Below, in pieces: positions 62,201-64,000 of a DNA stretch of 64,000 nt. Each line of letters starts with the position of its first letter. The stretch's first letter is position 1. The position numbers and the translations under genes are program-made. The notes beneath the pieces were generated by a model, which saw nothing but the letters and a program-made list of their open reading frames with translations, was not told the origin of the DNA and did no database searches. Source of the DNA: Eledone cirrhosa (lineage: Eukaryota); assembly GCA_964016885.1 (NCBI GenBank), contig OZ024740.1, positions 6,882,001 to 6,946,000 on the forward strand, given 5' to 3'.

Positions 62201-64000
62201 ATTTGTGAGAGACATTACCCCAAAATATTCAGATCCTAAGGCTGTATTTGTGAGAGACATTACCCCAAAATACTGAGTTCCTAAGGCAGTATTTGTGAGA
62301 GACATTACCCCAAAATACTCAGATCCTCAGGCTGTATTTGTGAGAGACATTACCCCAAAATACTCAGATTCTAAGGCTGTATTTTTGAGAGACATTACCC
62401 CAAAATACTCAGATCCTCAGGCTGTATTTGTGTGAGACATCACCCCAAAATACTCAGATCCTAAGGTCGTGTTTGTGAGAGACATTATCCCAAAATACTC
62501 AGATTCTAAGGCTGTATTTTTGAGAGACATTACCCCAAAATACTCAGATCCTCAGGCTGTATTTGTGAGAGACATCACCCCAAAATACTCAGATCCTAAG
62601 GTAGTGTTTGTGAGAGACATTATCCCAAAATACTCAGATCCTAAGGCTGTATTTGTGAGAGACATTACCCCAAAATACTCAGATCGTAAGGCTGTATTTT
62701 TGAGAGACATTAACCCAAAATTCTCAGATCCTAAGGCAGTGTTTGTGAGAGACATTACCCCAAAATACTCAGATCCTAAGGCAGTATTTGTGAGAGACAT
62801 TACCCCCAAAATGCTCAGATCCTAAGGCAGTGTTTGTGAGAGACATTACCCCAAAATACTCAGATCCTAAGGCAGTGTTTGTGAGAGACATTACCCCCAA
62901 AATACTCAGATCCTAAGGCAGTGTTTGTGAGAGACATTACCCCAAAATACTCAGATACTAAGGCAGTATTTGTGAGAGACATTACGCCAAAATACTGAGC
63001 TCCTAAGGCTGTGTTTGTGAGAGACATTACCCCAAAATACTGAGATCCTAAGGCTGAGTTTGTTAGAGACATTACCCCAAAATACTGAGATCCTAAGGCA
63101 GTATTTCTGAGAGACATTACCCCAAAATACTCAGATCCTGAGGCAGTGTTTGTGAGAGACATTACGCCAAAATACTCAGATCCTAAGGCTGTGTTTGTGA
63201 CAGACATTACCCCAATATACTCAGATCCTAAGAGAGTGTTTGTGAGAGACATTACCCCAAAATACTCAGATCCTAAGGCTGTATTTGTGAGAGGCATTAC
63301 CCCAAAATACTGAGATTCTAAGGCTGTATTTTTGAGAGACATTACCCCAAAATACTCAGATCCTAAGGTAGTGTTTGTGAGAGACATTATCCCAAAATAC
63401 TCAGATCCTCAGGCTGTATTTGTGGGAGACATTACCCCAAAATACTCAGATCCTAAGGTAGTGTTTGTGAGAGACATTATCCCAAAATACTCAGATCCTA
63501 AGGCTGTATTTGTGCGAGACATTACCCCAAAATACTCAGATCCTAAGGCAGTATTTGTGAGAGACATTACGCCAAAATACTCAGATCCCAAGGCAGTGTT
63601 TGTGAGAGACATTACCCCAAAATACTCAGATCCTAAGGCTGTGTTTGTGAGAGATATTACCCCAAAATACTCAGATCCTAAGGCAGTGTTTGTGAGAGAC
63701 ATTACACCAAAATACTCAGATCCTAAGGCTGTATTTGTGAGAGACAATACCCCAAAATACTCAGATCCTAAGGCTGTATTTGTGAGAGACAATACCCCAA
63801 AATACTCAGATCCTAAGGCAGTATTTGTGAGAGACAATAACCCAAAATACTCAGATCCTAAGGTAGTATTTGGGAGAGACATTACCCCCAAAATACTCAG
63901 ATCCTAAGGCTGTACTTGTGAGAGACATTACCCCAAAATACTCAGATCCTAAGGCAGTGTTTGTGAGGGACATTACCCAAAAATACTCAGATCCTAAGGC
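56145..64000. repeat. Second occurrence of positions 1-7856 (HOR-A copies 1', 2', 3') at offset 56,144 bp
   Basis: ORF pairs 69/56213, 727/56871, 2994/59138, 3355/59499, 6325/62469, 6716/62860 and 7188/63332 are all offset by 56144. Copy-specific variants are preserved (TGGTCAG 3337/59481, ATTAGCCC about 4449/60593, GGTCGTG 6321/62465), as is the copy-3 deletion. Confidence 0.95.

Larger units (their letters stand above)
1..64000. repeat. 45-bp satellite DNA tandem array (about 1,420 monomers, single orientation, runs off both window ends)
   Basis: The unit GATCCTAAGGC(A/T)GT(A/G)TTTGTGAGAGACATTACCCCAAAATACT(C/G)A repeats head-to-tail from base 1 to 64000. Most monomers differ from consensus by 0-4 substitutions, with occasional 1-5 nt indels. 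Every ORF in the track is a 15-aa repeat or a frameshifted reading of it. Confidence 0.99.

Noticed and set aside
69-63907. About 250 ORFs encoding 15-aa repeats (RDITPKYSDPKAVFV / MSLTNTALGSEYFGV)
   Set aside because: They are a by-product of a 45-bp unit with stop-free frames. There are no unique N- or C-terminal domains, the ORFs overlap on both strands, and stops and frameshifts are frequent. Not annotated as CDS.
1-64000. CRISPR array (regular short repeats with partial palindromy)
   Set aside because: There are no unique spacers: the whole 45-bp period is conserved. No leader or cas genes are present.
1-64000. Telomeric repeat or G-quadruplex array (TTACCCC resembles the C-strand of TTAGGG/TTGGGG-type repeats)
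   Set aside because: There is only one C4 tract per 45 bp, separated by 41 nt. This is not a short telomerase-type repeat, and the loops are too long for a canonical G4.
1-64000. Pure assembly or sequencing artefact, or synthetic concatemer
   Set aside because: Variants are hierarchically shared between blocks, with block-specific SNPs and indels, as expected from natural satellite evolution. Individual near-identical duplications still need read support.
1-64000. Variant order as a deliberate information code or diversity-generating cassette system
   Set aside because: The variant patterns are adequately explained by nested duplication and conversion. No recombinase, reverse transcriptase, expression site or other machinery is present in the window.
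1-64000. tRNA/5S/snRNA tandem gene array or embedded mobile element
   Set aside because: The unit is too short and shows no cloverleaf or recognisable pol III A/B boxes. I saw no terminal repeats, target-site duplications or non-satellite sequence.

Overview
The whole 64 kb window is one uninterrupted, head-to-tail tandem array of about 1,420 copies of a 45-bp monomer (consensus GATCCTAAGGCAGTATTTGTGAGAGACATTACCCCAAAATACTCA; 40% GC, no CpG). It most likely represents eukaryotic satellite DNA (heterochromatic, possibly peri/centromeric or subtelomeric). I saw no unique sequence, inversion, transposon, RNA gene or credible protein-coding gene. All ORFs in the track arise because 45 is divisible by 3. 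The informative content is the order of variant monomers, which shows a nested higher-order repeat (HOR) hierarchy: 90/180/270-bp micro-duplications, 1.6-6.4-kb duplicated blocks, a 3,286-bp (73-mer) HOR, and a near-identical re-occurrence of the first 7.86 kb at an offset of 56,144 bp, a candidate giant super-repeat. The monomer has dyad symmetry, and several variants look palindrome-templated. I cannot name the satellite family or organism from the sequence alone. All comparisons were made by eye and from ORF-track offsets, so block boundaries are approximate.
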